Below, one piece after another: positions 21,301 through 28,328 of a stretch of 56,124 nt of DNA (positions are counted from its first letter, which is position 1; every line of letters begins with the position of its first letter). Source of the DNA: Flavobacteriales bacterium (lineage in GTDB: Bacteria > Bacteroidota > Bacteroidia > B-17B0 > Aurantibacillaceae); the NCBI GenBank assembly GCA_040382975.1, contig JBEIEI010000001.1:1-56124 (forward strand), given 5' to 3'. The position numbers were made by a program, and so were the translations under genes. The notes under the pieces are model-generated. The model had not been told where the DNA came from. It did not search any database and saw only the letters and a list, made by a program, of their open reading frames with translations.

Positions 21301-21572
21301 TTTACGCACCAAATACGTTTACGCCAAATAACGATAAACGCAACGATTTCTTTTTTCCATTAGGAGAAGGTTGGGATGTTAAAACCTACAGTTTAATGGT
21401 TTTTGACAGATGGGGAGAGAAAATTTATGAAACAGATCAGGTTGACGGATGGTGGGCCGGTACATTTAAAGGTGCAGAAGTAAAAGAAGACACTTATATA
21501 TGGAAGGTGAATTTAAAAGATATTTTTGGAATGCAGCACAATTACATAGGACATATAATCTTAGTAAGATAA
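18186..21572 (+). CDS. T9SS type-B CTD (gliding-motility-associated C-terminal) surface protein with lamin-tail-like domain, SprB-like repeats and PKD domains
   Basis: LVINEV...EYVEL...NETPGSPN N-domain; repeated C.G...GSA.V...GGT..YTY.WSP units; PKD YFWDFG...PGKYLVTL; C-terminal PNTFTPNND..ND.F...VFDRWGE...W.G. Confidence 0.9.
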   Translation: MMRLKTYIFVLFFLSKTQFAQQLVINEVSQGPTGAKEYVELLVVGTPTCNAIPCMDLRNYIIDDNNGNHATGAGVGIAAGCVRLQNIPFWQCIPYGTIIVFYNDADLNASIPAQDLSMADGNCRLVIPISNCTLLERHATLPSTTLPAYPTTGFVGCGNWTQISMANGDDSFQTINATGAPVHSVSWNNNTLATIIYFPGPAGGNVAIMTNALNNNPATQANWVMLPVAGNETPGSPNNAANSAWISSMNNGCLPLLPLTTTVSSTNAGCSCNGSATVVASGAIGPYTYTWFPIGGNSSTASGLCAGIYSVSATSSNGCVETKTVSIVSAGSVSVTTATTSVTCNGLANGSATATPSGGTGPYTFTWSPSGGNSFVATGLAPGTYTALVKDVNNCTVTATAIITQPASALTAVTSATTILCFGAANGSASVTASGGTAGYTYTWSPSGGNTTLASPLTAGTYTVLVKDAKNCTVTATALITQPASALAATINFTNATCGMSNGSAMVNPVGGTAAYSFSWSPAGGTASLANNLSAGNYSVVITDANNCQLTKTVSIIQPNSMALTVTTTSVSCNSGSNGTATLNVAGGTAPYSYTWSPVPIGGQGTSIGTGLSSQTYTVLISDNLGCTTFTTANIIQPATALNAITTATNILCFGAVNGSASVTASGGTAGYTYTWSPSGGNTTIASPLTAGAYTVLVMDANNCIVSLTTTISQPAPITLNVNPIKLCSGQNGVLLGNVNGGTAPYSYTWNNSPGSYSVAVSTTANVIYTLSVTDANGCNSPIDTAMINVSPPLTLSISPTKTICAGTSSGLSANASGGNGIYQYNWQPNNIAGQLISVNLNNTTVYTVTVNDGCSQPVIATTTIFVETVPTPTLLANKYSGCSPVCVSFTNTAFNPTLSIQNSLWTFSDGSFATGQQPNHCFTNKGTFTATNSFTTTSGCKNTAQLTNYINVFQKPDADFSASNYLFENSNPEVNFYNNSANAINYFWDFGGLGSSTLVNPGHSFNEPGKYLVTLIAKNGFCSDTAYKIIESLPAYTFYAPNTFTPNNDKRNDFFFPLGEGWDVKTYSLMVFDRWGEKIYETDQVDGWWAGTFKGAEVKEDTYIWKVNLKDIFGMQHNYIGHIILVR

Positions 21573-21588
21573 TTAATGAAACATGGAA

Positions 21589-21867
21589 TTAAATTTGGTT
21601 TAGATCCTTTCTTAATTTTATTGTAATTAGTGTCATTATGGCCAAAACGCCAAATATAACACCTATGTCATAGCTAGTTGCTTTGATATTGTTAATACTA
21701 GTATTCATATTTTCAACTAAAACATAATTTTGGTTAGTGTTAAAAGGATATGAATTTTTCATTTGCGTTAATAAAACATAAGTTAGTCCCACTAAAATAA
21801 TCACAGTTAATATTAATACTATCCTCTCTTTTTGTTTTAATTTTTTTGTATGTATACTATTTTTCAT
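21589..21867 (-). CDS. Small hypothetical membrane protein (2 TM)
   Basis: 92 aa with two hydrophobic segments; starts 1 bp after the CSP gene stop. Confidence 0.55.
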   Translation of the reverse strand: MKNSIHTKKLKQKERIVLILTVIILVGLTYVLLTQMKNSYPFNTNQNYVLVENMNTSINNIKATSYDIGVIFGVLAIMTLITIKLRKDLNQI

Positions 21868-21868
21868 G

Positions 21869-22072
21869 CTAATTAATTATTTTTTTTATATTAAATGCCT
21901 CTAGTCCTCTTTTTGATTCTTTTAGTTCAAATGATACCAAGTCTTCAGGGTTTAATTCTTCGGAGGGGGTTTTTAAATAAAAGTAAAAATCTTGTTCTTT
22001 GTTATTTTGACGTATAAAACCGAAACAATTTTTTAAATTATAGAACTTTATTTTTCCAAAATAAACCGACAT
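21869..22072 (-). CDS. Cold-shock domain protein (divergent)
   Basis: GKIKFYN...FGFI (RNP1), DFYFY (RNP2 position) and VSFEL....RGLEA.NI. Confidence 0.8.
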   Translation of the reverse strand: MSVYFGKIKFYNLKNCFGFIRQNNKEQDFYFYLKTPSEELNPEDLVSFELKESKRGLEAFNIKKIIN

Positions 22073-22235
22073 GGTTTTTTAAAAATACAAAGGTTAATCC
22101 TTTACTGTTATTCTAATTTTTGGATACGGATATACGGAAACGATAATCCTAAATGATTGAAACAATAGGATAAATACTCGTCTTTTATTTCGGTTACTTA
22201 TTACAACCGAATTTAGTCTTTGCTCTGATTTTAAA

Positions 22236-22808
22236 CTATAAGCTAACATATTTTGTTTTTTTTATTTTTAAATAATAAAGAATGTCAATTTCATATGCAT
22301 TATCGCCCAGCCAAAGCCAACCATCAATGTGATTATTGCCAATATAATTTAAAAATCCATTTTTTGCATTTGTTTGATTTGCAGTTCCTGTTCCCGCATC
22401 TCCAATTACCCAAAATTTATATTTTCCTTTTGAGCCGCTATTAGGGCTAGTTTTAAAAAATTGATTCGTGTTTGCTGGCGATAGGGTTCCTGCGGTTGAA
22501 CCGATCATATAATAATAAACAGACGAAGGCGATAATCCTGTTATTTTTACCTCATGATTTGTAACAGACGAGGGGATAGTAACTTGATTAGTTATTGTGT
22601 TAACACTTGTTCCGTACCATACTTTTGAGTCGCTTGACGCATCTGTTCGCCATTTGATGATCATGCTGTTAGGAGTTCCTGTTTGAAGATAAGGGCCGCG
22701 AACCACATTGATGGGAAGCGAGGTCAAATTCTGATTTATTGAAGCGGTTTGTGAAACGGAACTTAAAACAACGCCAAGAAATATATAAGTAAATGAGTTT
22801 AGTTTCAT
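22236..22808 (-). pseudogene. Truncated purple acid phosphatase/metallophosphoesterase
   Basis: Signal peptide, RGPYLQ, FN3-like N-domain (HEVKITGLSP...YYY.IG), GDAG and LGDNAY motifs; ends before the GNH(D/E) and GHxH motifs. Confidence 0.85.
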
Positions 22809-22997
22809 AATTTACCGGCGAAACTATAAAAACACTTTATACTCTTTACTACGGCAAGGTTATGGTTCTGTTATGTGAGTTTTGGGTTTTAATGTAACAA
22901 AATTTACATTAAGGATTAGGGGCTGGTCGTTAGCCAAGATCTAAAAGTATAGTTTATTGTAATAAAAATAAAAGGTTTTTATTATCTTCGAATTACT

Positions 22998-23855
22998 ATG
23001 TTAGCAAGAGTCCTACTCATACTATTTTTATTGCCTTATTTTATTGTGGCAGAAAATTTCCCCGTTAAACCAACAAATTACATTACCGACGAGGCGAATG
23101 TTTTAACCGCCGATCAGCAGCAAAGTTTAAATTCAAAACTCAATAATTTCGAAAAAAACACATCGAATCAGATCTTTGTTTATATAGCTTCTTCTCTAAA
23201 TGGAAGTGATATGAGCGCTCTTTGTCAGGACATCTTTCATGCTTGGAAAATTGGAGGGGAGGAAAAAAACAACGGCTTGCTAATTGCCGTTTTTGTTAAT
23301 GACCACAAATTTCGGATACATACCGGTTACGGATTAGAAGGTCCTTTACCGGACATTCTTACAAAACGCATTCAAGATAATGACATGCGTCCGTTTTTCA
23401 AAGAAAACGATTATCATGCCGGAATAGATAAAGGGGTTGACCAACTTATTTATTATAGTCAGAATGAATTTAAGCCTGATGAGATTGAATCTTTTGGAAG
23501 TAATTGGATAAGCTGGCTGCTAGGTTATTCTGCCAACCTCATTCTCTTAAGCGTGTATTTATATTTGTTGTTGCGAAAAAAATCAAAAAAGCGAAGCTCT
23601 TTAGTAAAGAGTAGTCTTTTGATTTTGGCGGTAATAATGGCTTTATTTCCTTGTATCGGCGCAGTAATTTTGTTCTTTATGCTTATTCTTTTAAGGGAGA
23701 TTAAATCTAGTGGAGGAGGCTCTTCTAGTTCAAGCGGTAGTTCCTTTTGGAATAGTTCCGATTCCTCTTCATCGTCCTCTTCTGATTCCGGTTCCAGTTT
23801 TGATGGTGGAGGCGGCGGAGATTCCGGTGGCGGAGGCAGTAGCAGCGACTGGTAA
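22998..23855 (+). CDS. TPM-domain (YgcG-like) membrane protein
   Basis: YITDEANVL, WKIG...NNGLLI, TGYGLEG.LPD, TM helices and Gly/Ser tail GGGGGDSGGGGSSSDW. Confidence 0.9.
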   Translation: MLARVLLILFLLPYFIVAENFPVKPTNYITDEANVLTADQQQSLNSKLNNFEKNTSNQIFVYIASSLNGSDMSALCQDIFHAWKIGGEEKNNGLLIAVFVNDHKFRIHTGYGLEGPLPDILTKRIQDNDMRPFFKENDYHAGIDKGVDQLIYYSQNEFKPDEIESFGSNWISWLLGYSANLILLSVYLYLLLRKKSKKRSSLVKSSLLILAVIMALFPCIGAVILFFMLILLREIKSSGGGSSSSSGSSFWNSSDSSSSSSSDSGSSFDGGGGGDSGGGGSSSDW

Positions 23856-23946
23856 TTCGTTGGTTTTACTGGGATAAAAATTAAACCAATCCCTCAAACT
23901 TAAAATTTATTTTAGCGAACAAACTCTATTTTAAAAACTGAACGTA

Positions 23947-25968
23947 TTAAAACAATCCTTCCAATAAATTATCATTAACTAAATTAGGTAAGGTAACTTT
24001 TAAGTTAGGCGTGCGATCCATTTCGCGTTTAATGGCAAAAAGGGCTTCATCGTTACGCGCCCAAGCACGACGCGATACCCCATTGTTTACATCCCAAAAT
24101 AACATTTGTTCTAAACGTCTTTCGGCATCAGCTGTTCCATCTAATACTAAACCAAAGCCCCCATTAATAACTTCGCCCCAACCAACACCACCACCATTGT
24201 GCAAACTTATCCAAGTGGCACCTCTAAACGAATCGCCAACAAAATTTTGCACTGCCATATCAGCCGTAAATTTACTGCCGTCGTAAATGTTAGAAGTTTC
24301 ACGGTACGGACTGTCTGTTCCGCTCACATCATGATGATCTCTGCCCAAAACAACTGGAGCTGTAATTTTTCCTTCTTTAATAGCTGTGTTTATGGCTTTG
24401 GCAATTTTAATCCTTCCTTCGCTATCTGCATATAAAATGCGGGCTTGCGAACCAACTACTAAATTATTTTGCATGGCATTTTTTATCCACAAAATATTAT
24501 CCATTAGCTGCTGCTGAATTTCTTTTGGAGCGGTTTTATAAATTTCTTCTAAAACAATTAACGCTAACTCATCTGTTTTTCTAAGGTCGTTTTCGTTTGC
24601 GCTTGTACATACCCATCTAAAAGGACCAAAACCATAGTCAAAACACATTGGCCCCAAAATATCTTGCACGTAGCTTTTGTATTTAAAATCGCCATTCTTC
24701 TCTAATATATCTGCACCGGCTCTGCTTGCTTCTAATAAAAAGGCGTTGCCATAATCAAAAAAGTACATGCCTTTTGCGGCAAATTTATTTACACAATCAG
24801 CATGAGTGCGTAAAGTTTTTTGAACTTCATCTTTAAATTTTGAAGGATTTTCTGCCATTAACACATTCGATTCTTCAAGTGTTAAGCCTTGAGGATAGTA
24901 ACCACCGGCCCAAGGATTGTGTAAAGATGTTTGGTCGGTGCCAATATCCACCATTACATTTTCTTTTAATAATTTTTCCCAAAGATCTACTACATTGCCT
25001 TGGTAAGCAATACTCACAGCCTCTTTGTTTTTTTGAGCTACACGAACGCGTGTTATTAGTTCATCAAGGTTTGCAAACACTTCATCAACCCATCCTTGTG
25101 AATGACGGGTTGCAACGGCCTTGGGATTAATTTCTGCAGTAATAGAAACCAAACCTGCAATTTTTGCGGACTTTGGTTGTGCGCCGCTCATGCCGCCAAG
25201 TCCACAGGTAACAAATAACTTACCCTTACGCTCTTCTTCTGTATGAAATTTTTTGCGAGCTGCATTCATAACGGTTATGGTAGTGCCGTGTACAATGCCT
25301 TGCGGACCAATGTACATAAAGCTGCCCGCAGTCATTTGTCCGTATTGAGTTACGCCAAGCGCATTAAATTTTTCTAAGTCATCCGGTTTGCTGTAATTTG
25401 GTATCATCATACCATTGGTAACAACAACTCTTGGGGCATCTTTATGTGAAGGAAACAAACCTGCAGGGTGACCGCTGTATAAAACAAGTGTTTGTTCATC
25501 GGTCATGTTAGCCAAATATTGCATGGTAATTAAATACTGTGCCCAGTTTTGAAACACAGAACCGTTGCCACCGTAAGTGATCAATTCGTGTGGGTGCTGC
25601 GCAACAGCATGATCTAAATTATTACTTAACATGTGCATGATCGCAGCTGCTTGTATACTTTTGCAAGGGTATTCGTTTATAGGGCGAGCGTAAATTTTAT
25701 AATCAGGTCTAAAACGGTGCATGTAAATGCGGCCGTGGGCTTTTAACTCTTCAGCAAATTCTTTAGCTAAAATAGTGTGGTGTTTTGCATCAAAATAACG
25801 TAACGCATTGCGTATGGCTAATTTTTTTTCGTCAGCGTTTAAACTGTCTTTTCTTTTTGGAGCATGGTTTATTTTAGGATCGTAATTTTTTTGTTGAGGT
25901 AATTCATTTGGAATACCTTGTAATACGAGGTCTTTAAAAGATAACGCTGTTGTAGTTTGGGTTGACAT
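23947..25968 (-). CDS. hutU: Urocanate hydratase (long form)
   Basis: ELITYGGNG, YGQMTAGS.MYIGPQGIVHGT, GLGGMSGAQP, DQTSLH, GRDHHD.SGTDSPYRET and HNGGGVGWG. Confidence 0.96.
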   Translation of the reverse strand: MSTQTTTALSFKDLVLQGIPNELPQQKNYDPKINHAPKRKDSLNADEKKLAIRNALRYFDAKHHTILAKEFAEELKAHGRIYMHRFRPDYKIYARPINEYPCKSIQAAAIMHMLSNNLDHAVAQHPHELITYGGNGSVFQNWAQYLITMQYLANMTDEQTLVLYSGHPAGLFPSHKDAPRVVVTNGMMIPNYSKPDDLEKFNALGVTQYGQMTAGSFMYIGPQGIVHGTTITVMNAARKKFHTEEERKGKLFVTCGLGGMSGAQPKSAKIAGLVSITAEINPKAVATRHSQGWVDEVFANLDELITRVRVAQKNKEAVSIAYQGNVVDLWEKLLKENVMVDIGTDQTSLHNPWAGGYYPQGLTLEESNVLMAENPSKFKDEVQKTLRTHADCVNKFAAKGMYFFDYGNAFLLEASRAGADILEKNGDFKYKSYVQDILGPMCFDYGFGPFRWVCTSANENDLRKTDELALIVLEEIYKTAPKEIQQQLMDNILWIKNAMQNNLVVGSQARILYADSEGRIKIAKAINTAIKEGKITAPVVLGRDHHDVSGTDSPYRETSNIYDGSKFTADMAVQNFVGDSFRGATWISLHNGGGVGWGEVINGGFGLVLDGTADAERRLEQMLFWDVNNGVSRRAWARNDEALFAIKREMDRTPNLKVTLPNLVNDNLLEGLF

Positions 25969-25979
25969 ACGAATTAAAA

Positions 25980-26162
25980 TTATGTAGTTTTTTTTGTTTC
26001 GGGTTTATCAAAAAGTCCCGTTTTTTTATTGTAACCATAAGGGCAGTGTTTACAGCCACTCTTACAGCAATAACCACGTTTTAAGTGGTACTTTTCGGTA
26101 AAAATAATATATCCTTCGGGGCTATAATAAAAATCTTCAGGGTCGAGTTGTTTATTAAACAT
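25980..26162 (-). CDS. Small Cys-rich protein (DUF5522-like)
   Basis: DFYY...G.IIFTEKYHLKRGYCCKSGCKHCPY. Confidence 0.8.
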   Translation of the reverse strand: MFNKQLDPEDFYYSPEGYIIFTEKYHLKRGYCCKSGCKHCPYGYNKKTGLFDKPETKKTT

Positions 26163-26202
26163 ATCAACCGTAAAGATAAGGAACTAATAGTAAAAAATTA
26201 AA

Positions 26203-26814
26203 TTATTCTAAACGCTTAATAGTGCAGCCAATAGATTTGGTTTCTTGCATTTTAGGAATTTCGTTTTTAGTTAAAGAAGTTAAGGCATCCTTTAAATACG
26301 CCGCCTTTACTGCCGCTGCATCTTTAACATTATCATCAATAGCGCCTTTGTAAACTAAACCTTTGGCGTTAAATAAAAAACACTGTGGTGTGCGAGTGGC
26401 GCCAAAAGCGTTGGCTAATTGACTTTTTTCATCTACCGCATAGGTACATTTTAGTTTTTGTGTACCAAAATACTTTACCATTTCATCAAAACTATCTTCT
26501 TCTGCTCTTTGTCCTTCGTTACTATTGATTAATGCGCAGCCAATACCGTTGGCCAAACAATAATCAGAATATTCTTTTATTCGCGCCTCGCTTAATTTCA
26601 CATATGGACAAGTGTTACAACTAAAAATAACCAATAGGCCTTTTGCAGTTTTGATGTCGTTTAGCGACACACTTTTGCCACTAACATCTTTCATTTTAAG
26701 GTCTGCTTGAGGAATAGCAGCGTTTAAAGCTAATTCTTCAGGAGGAGAATTAACAAATGAATATATTGCGAAAGAGGCAATTAATAAGGATAAAAATAAG
26801 GTGAACTTTTTCAT
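26203..26814 (-). CDS. Exported redoxin/thioredoxin-like protein
   Basis: Signal peptide, FSCNTCPYV, FGATRTP, YKGAIDD and GCTIK. Confidence 0.88.
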   Translation of the reverse strand: MKKFTLFLSLLIASFAIYSFVNSPPEELALNAAIPQADLKMKDVSGKSVSLNDIKTAKGLLVIFSCNTCPYVKLSEARIKEYSDYCLANGIGCALINSNEGQRAEEDSFDEMVKYFGTQKLKCTYAVDEKSQLANAFGATRTPQCFLFNAKGLVYKGAIDDNVKDAAAVKAAYLKDALTSLTKNEIPKMQETKSIGCTIKRLE

Positions 26815-26967
26815 AACTATGAATTTACGAATTTGTATACAAAGTAATTAAATAGAGTGTGAATTTTAACAAATTTAAATAGTTTGGTTAAGTTTAACTA
26901 TAAAAGTAGACCTAAAATGCCAATAATTCCTTAATACTAATAATACTTAGGTTTACAGTTATCGGCT

Positions 26968-26975
26968 TATATTTG
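26968..26975 (+). promoter_or_regulatory. Bacteroidota housekeeping -7 promoter element (TAnnTTTG)
   Basis: TATATTTG about 100 bp upstream of the ATG at 27079. Confidence 0.45.
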
Positions 26976-27078
26976 CCCCGTACTTTGAACAAAAGTGAAC
27001 ACCCTAAAGGACTTTTATCTTTTTCATGTTTTTAAAAGACTCCTTAACCGCTTTTTAATTTACTGTTAAAATCAGAAA

Positions 27079-28206
27079 ATGAAAAAGATTTACGTAATAT
27101 TTTTATTAATAATAATACGTGTTAGTAATGCACAAACGTCAGTATCTGGTTGCACTTTAAACGGCGGAATGGGTATTTATGACGCTTGTAATAATGGCCA
27201 AGGTTGCACCAGTGGCTGCAATCTAGCCGCAACTTATACAGGTTTTGGTAACATGTGTAATGGCACAGCGAATAATAATAATTGTTTTGGATCAAGCTCC
27301 GGGGGTCACCAAAGCATGTCAACTTCTTTTTCTCTTCCCGCCGGTTGCAGCGCTATTGTTACTGCTGAATTTAAAAAGAGGGGAGGCGCTTGTACTAATT
27401 CAGGGATGGATGGAAGCGATATACTTGGGATAAACAACACAAATACTTTTGGAACCAACGTTGGTAATTGCGGAAACGGTACAAGTACCCCCGGGAATAC
27501 CGCAACAGGATGTTTGGGCGCTTCGAACGCAGATGTAAATTGCACACGGACTCAAGCAGGAGGCACTGTCCTTATTTGGGGAAGGTCTAATAGAAGTGAT
27601 GAAATTATAACCTACACTATTACTTTAAGCGGAACTTGTGGACCTAGTTGTAACGGAGTTTTACCCATTACATTAAAAGATTTTTATGCCGAACCTTTAG
27701 ATAACGAAATGTTATTAAAGTGGAGTGTGGCCACCGAAAAAAATGTTGCTTACTATATAATAGAAAAAAGTAATGATGGAATTAGTTTTTTACCATTAAA
27801 CACGGTTTACTCTCTTGCTGGCATTAGCGGCGAGAATAATTTATCCTATTTTAATTATGATTATTCGCCAAGTAAGGGAATAAATTATTATAGACTAAAA
27901 CACGTTGAAAAAGATGGTTCTATTGAAACACATAAAACTATTGCGGTGAACTATAAAAACAATAGCGCGTCTCCAATATGGATAAACCAAAACAACGAAA
28001 TAATTAAAATTGGTTACGAAAAAATGCCGCTAAGTAAAAGTGTTTTAATCCACGATGTTACGGGAAGAATGATCAAAGAAATTTTATTGAAAACAGAAGC
28101 TCCCGCCGAACAAGAGGTTTATAAATCTGAACTGCTAAACGGAATTTACATTATTTCAGGGTCCGACCCTCGCGATGGCTTTTCTCAAAAACTCATCATT
28201 CAATAA
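27079..28206 (+). CDS. Cys/Gly/Asn-rich secreted protein with Ig-like domain and T9SS type-A-like CTD
   Basis: Signal peptide; 13 Cys in the first about 195 aa; LPITLKDF...LKW..ATEKN...IEKS.DG...YYRLK; C-terminal IHDVTGR...GIYII...KLIIQ. Confidence 0.8.
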   Translation: MKKIYVIFLLIIIRVSNAQTSVSGCTLNGGMGIYDACNNGQGCTSGCNLAATYTGFGNMCNGTANNNNCFGSSSGGHQSMSTSFSLPAGCSAIVTAEFKKRGGACTNSGMDGSDILGINNTNTFGTNVGNCGNGTSTPGNTATGCLGASNADVNCTRTQAGGTVLIWGRSNRSDEIITYTITLSGTCGPSCNGVLPITLKDFYAEPLDNEMLLKWSVATEKNVAYYIIEKSNDGISFLPLNTVYSLAGISGENNLSYFNYDYSPSKGINYYRLKHVEKDGSIETHKTIAVNYKNNSASPIWINQNNEIIKIGYEKMPLSKSVLIHDVTGRMIKEILLKTEAPAEQEVYKSELLNGIYIISGSDPRDGFSQKLIIQ

Positions 28207-28328
28207 GCAATATTACAAGTTATTGTGATTTTTTAGCCATTTCCACAAAAAATTTATAAAACACCAATTGTTTATTTCTAGTAACTTAAAACTTAATAGT
28301 AGTTATAGTTTTACGGACATTTACTTGA

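Noticed and set aside
23708-23852. GC-rich low-complexity tract as a foreign insert
   Set aside because: It encodes the normal Gly/Ser tail of TPM-domain proteins.
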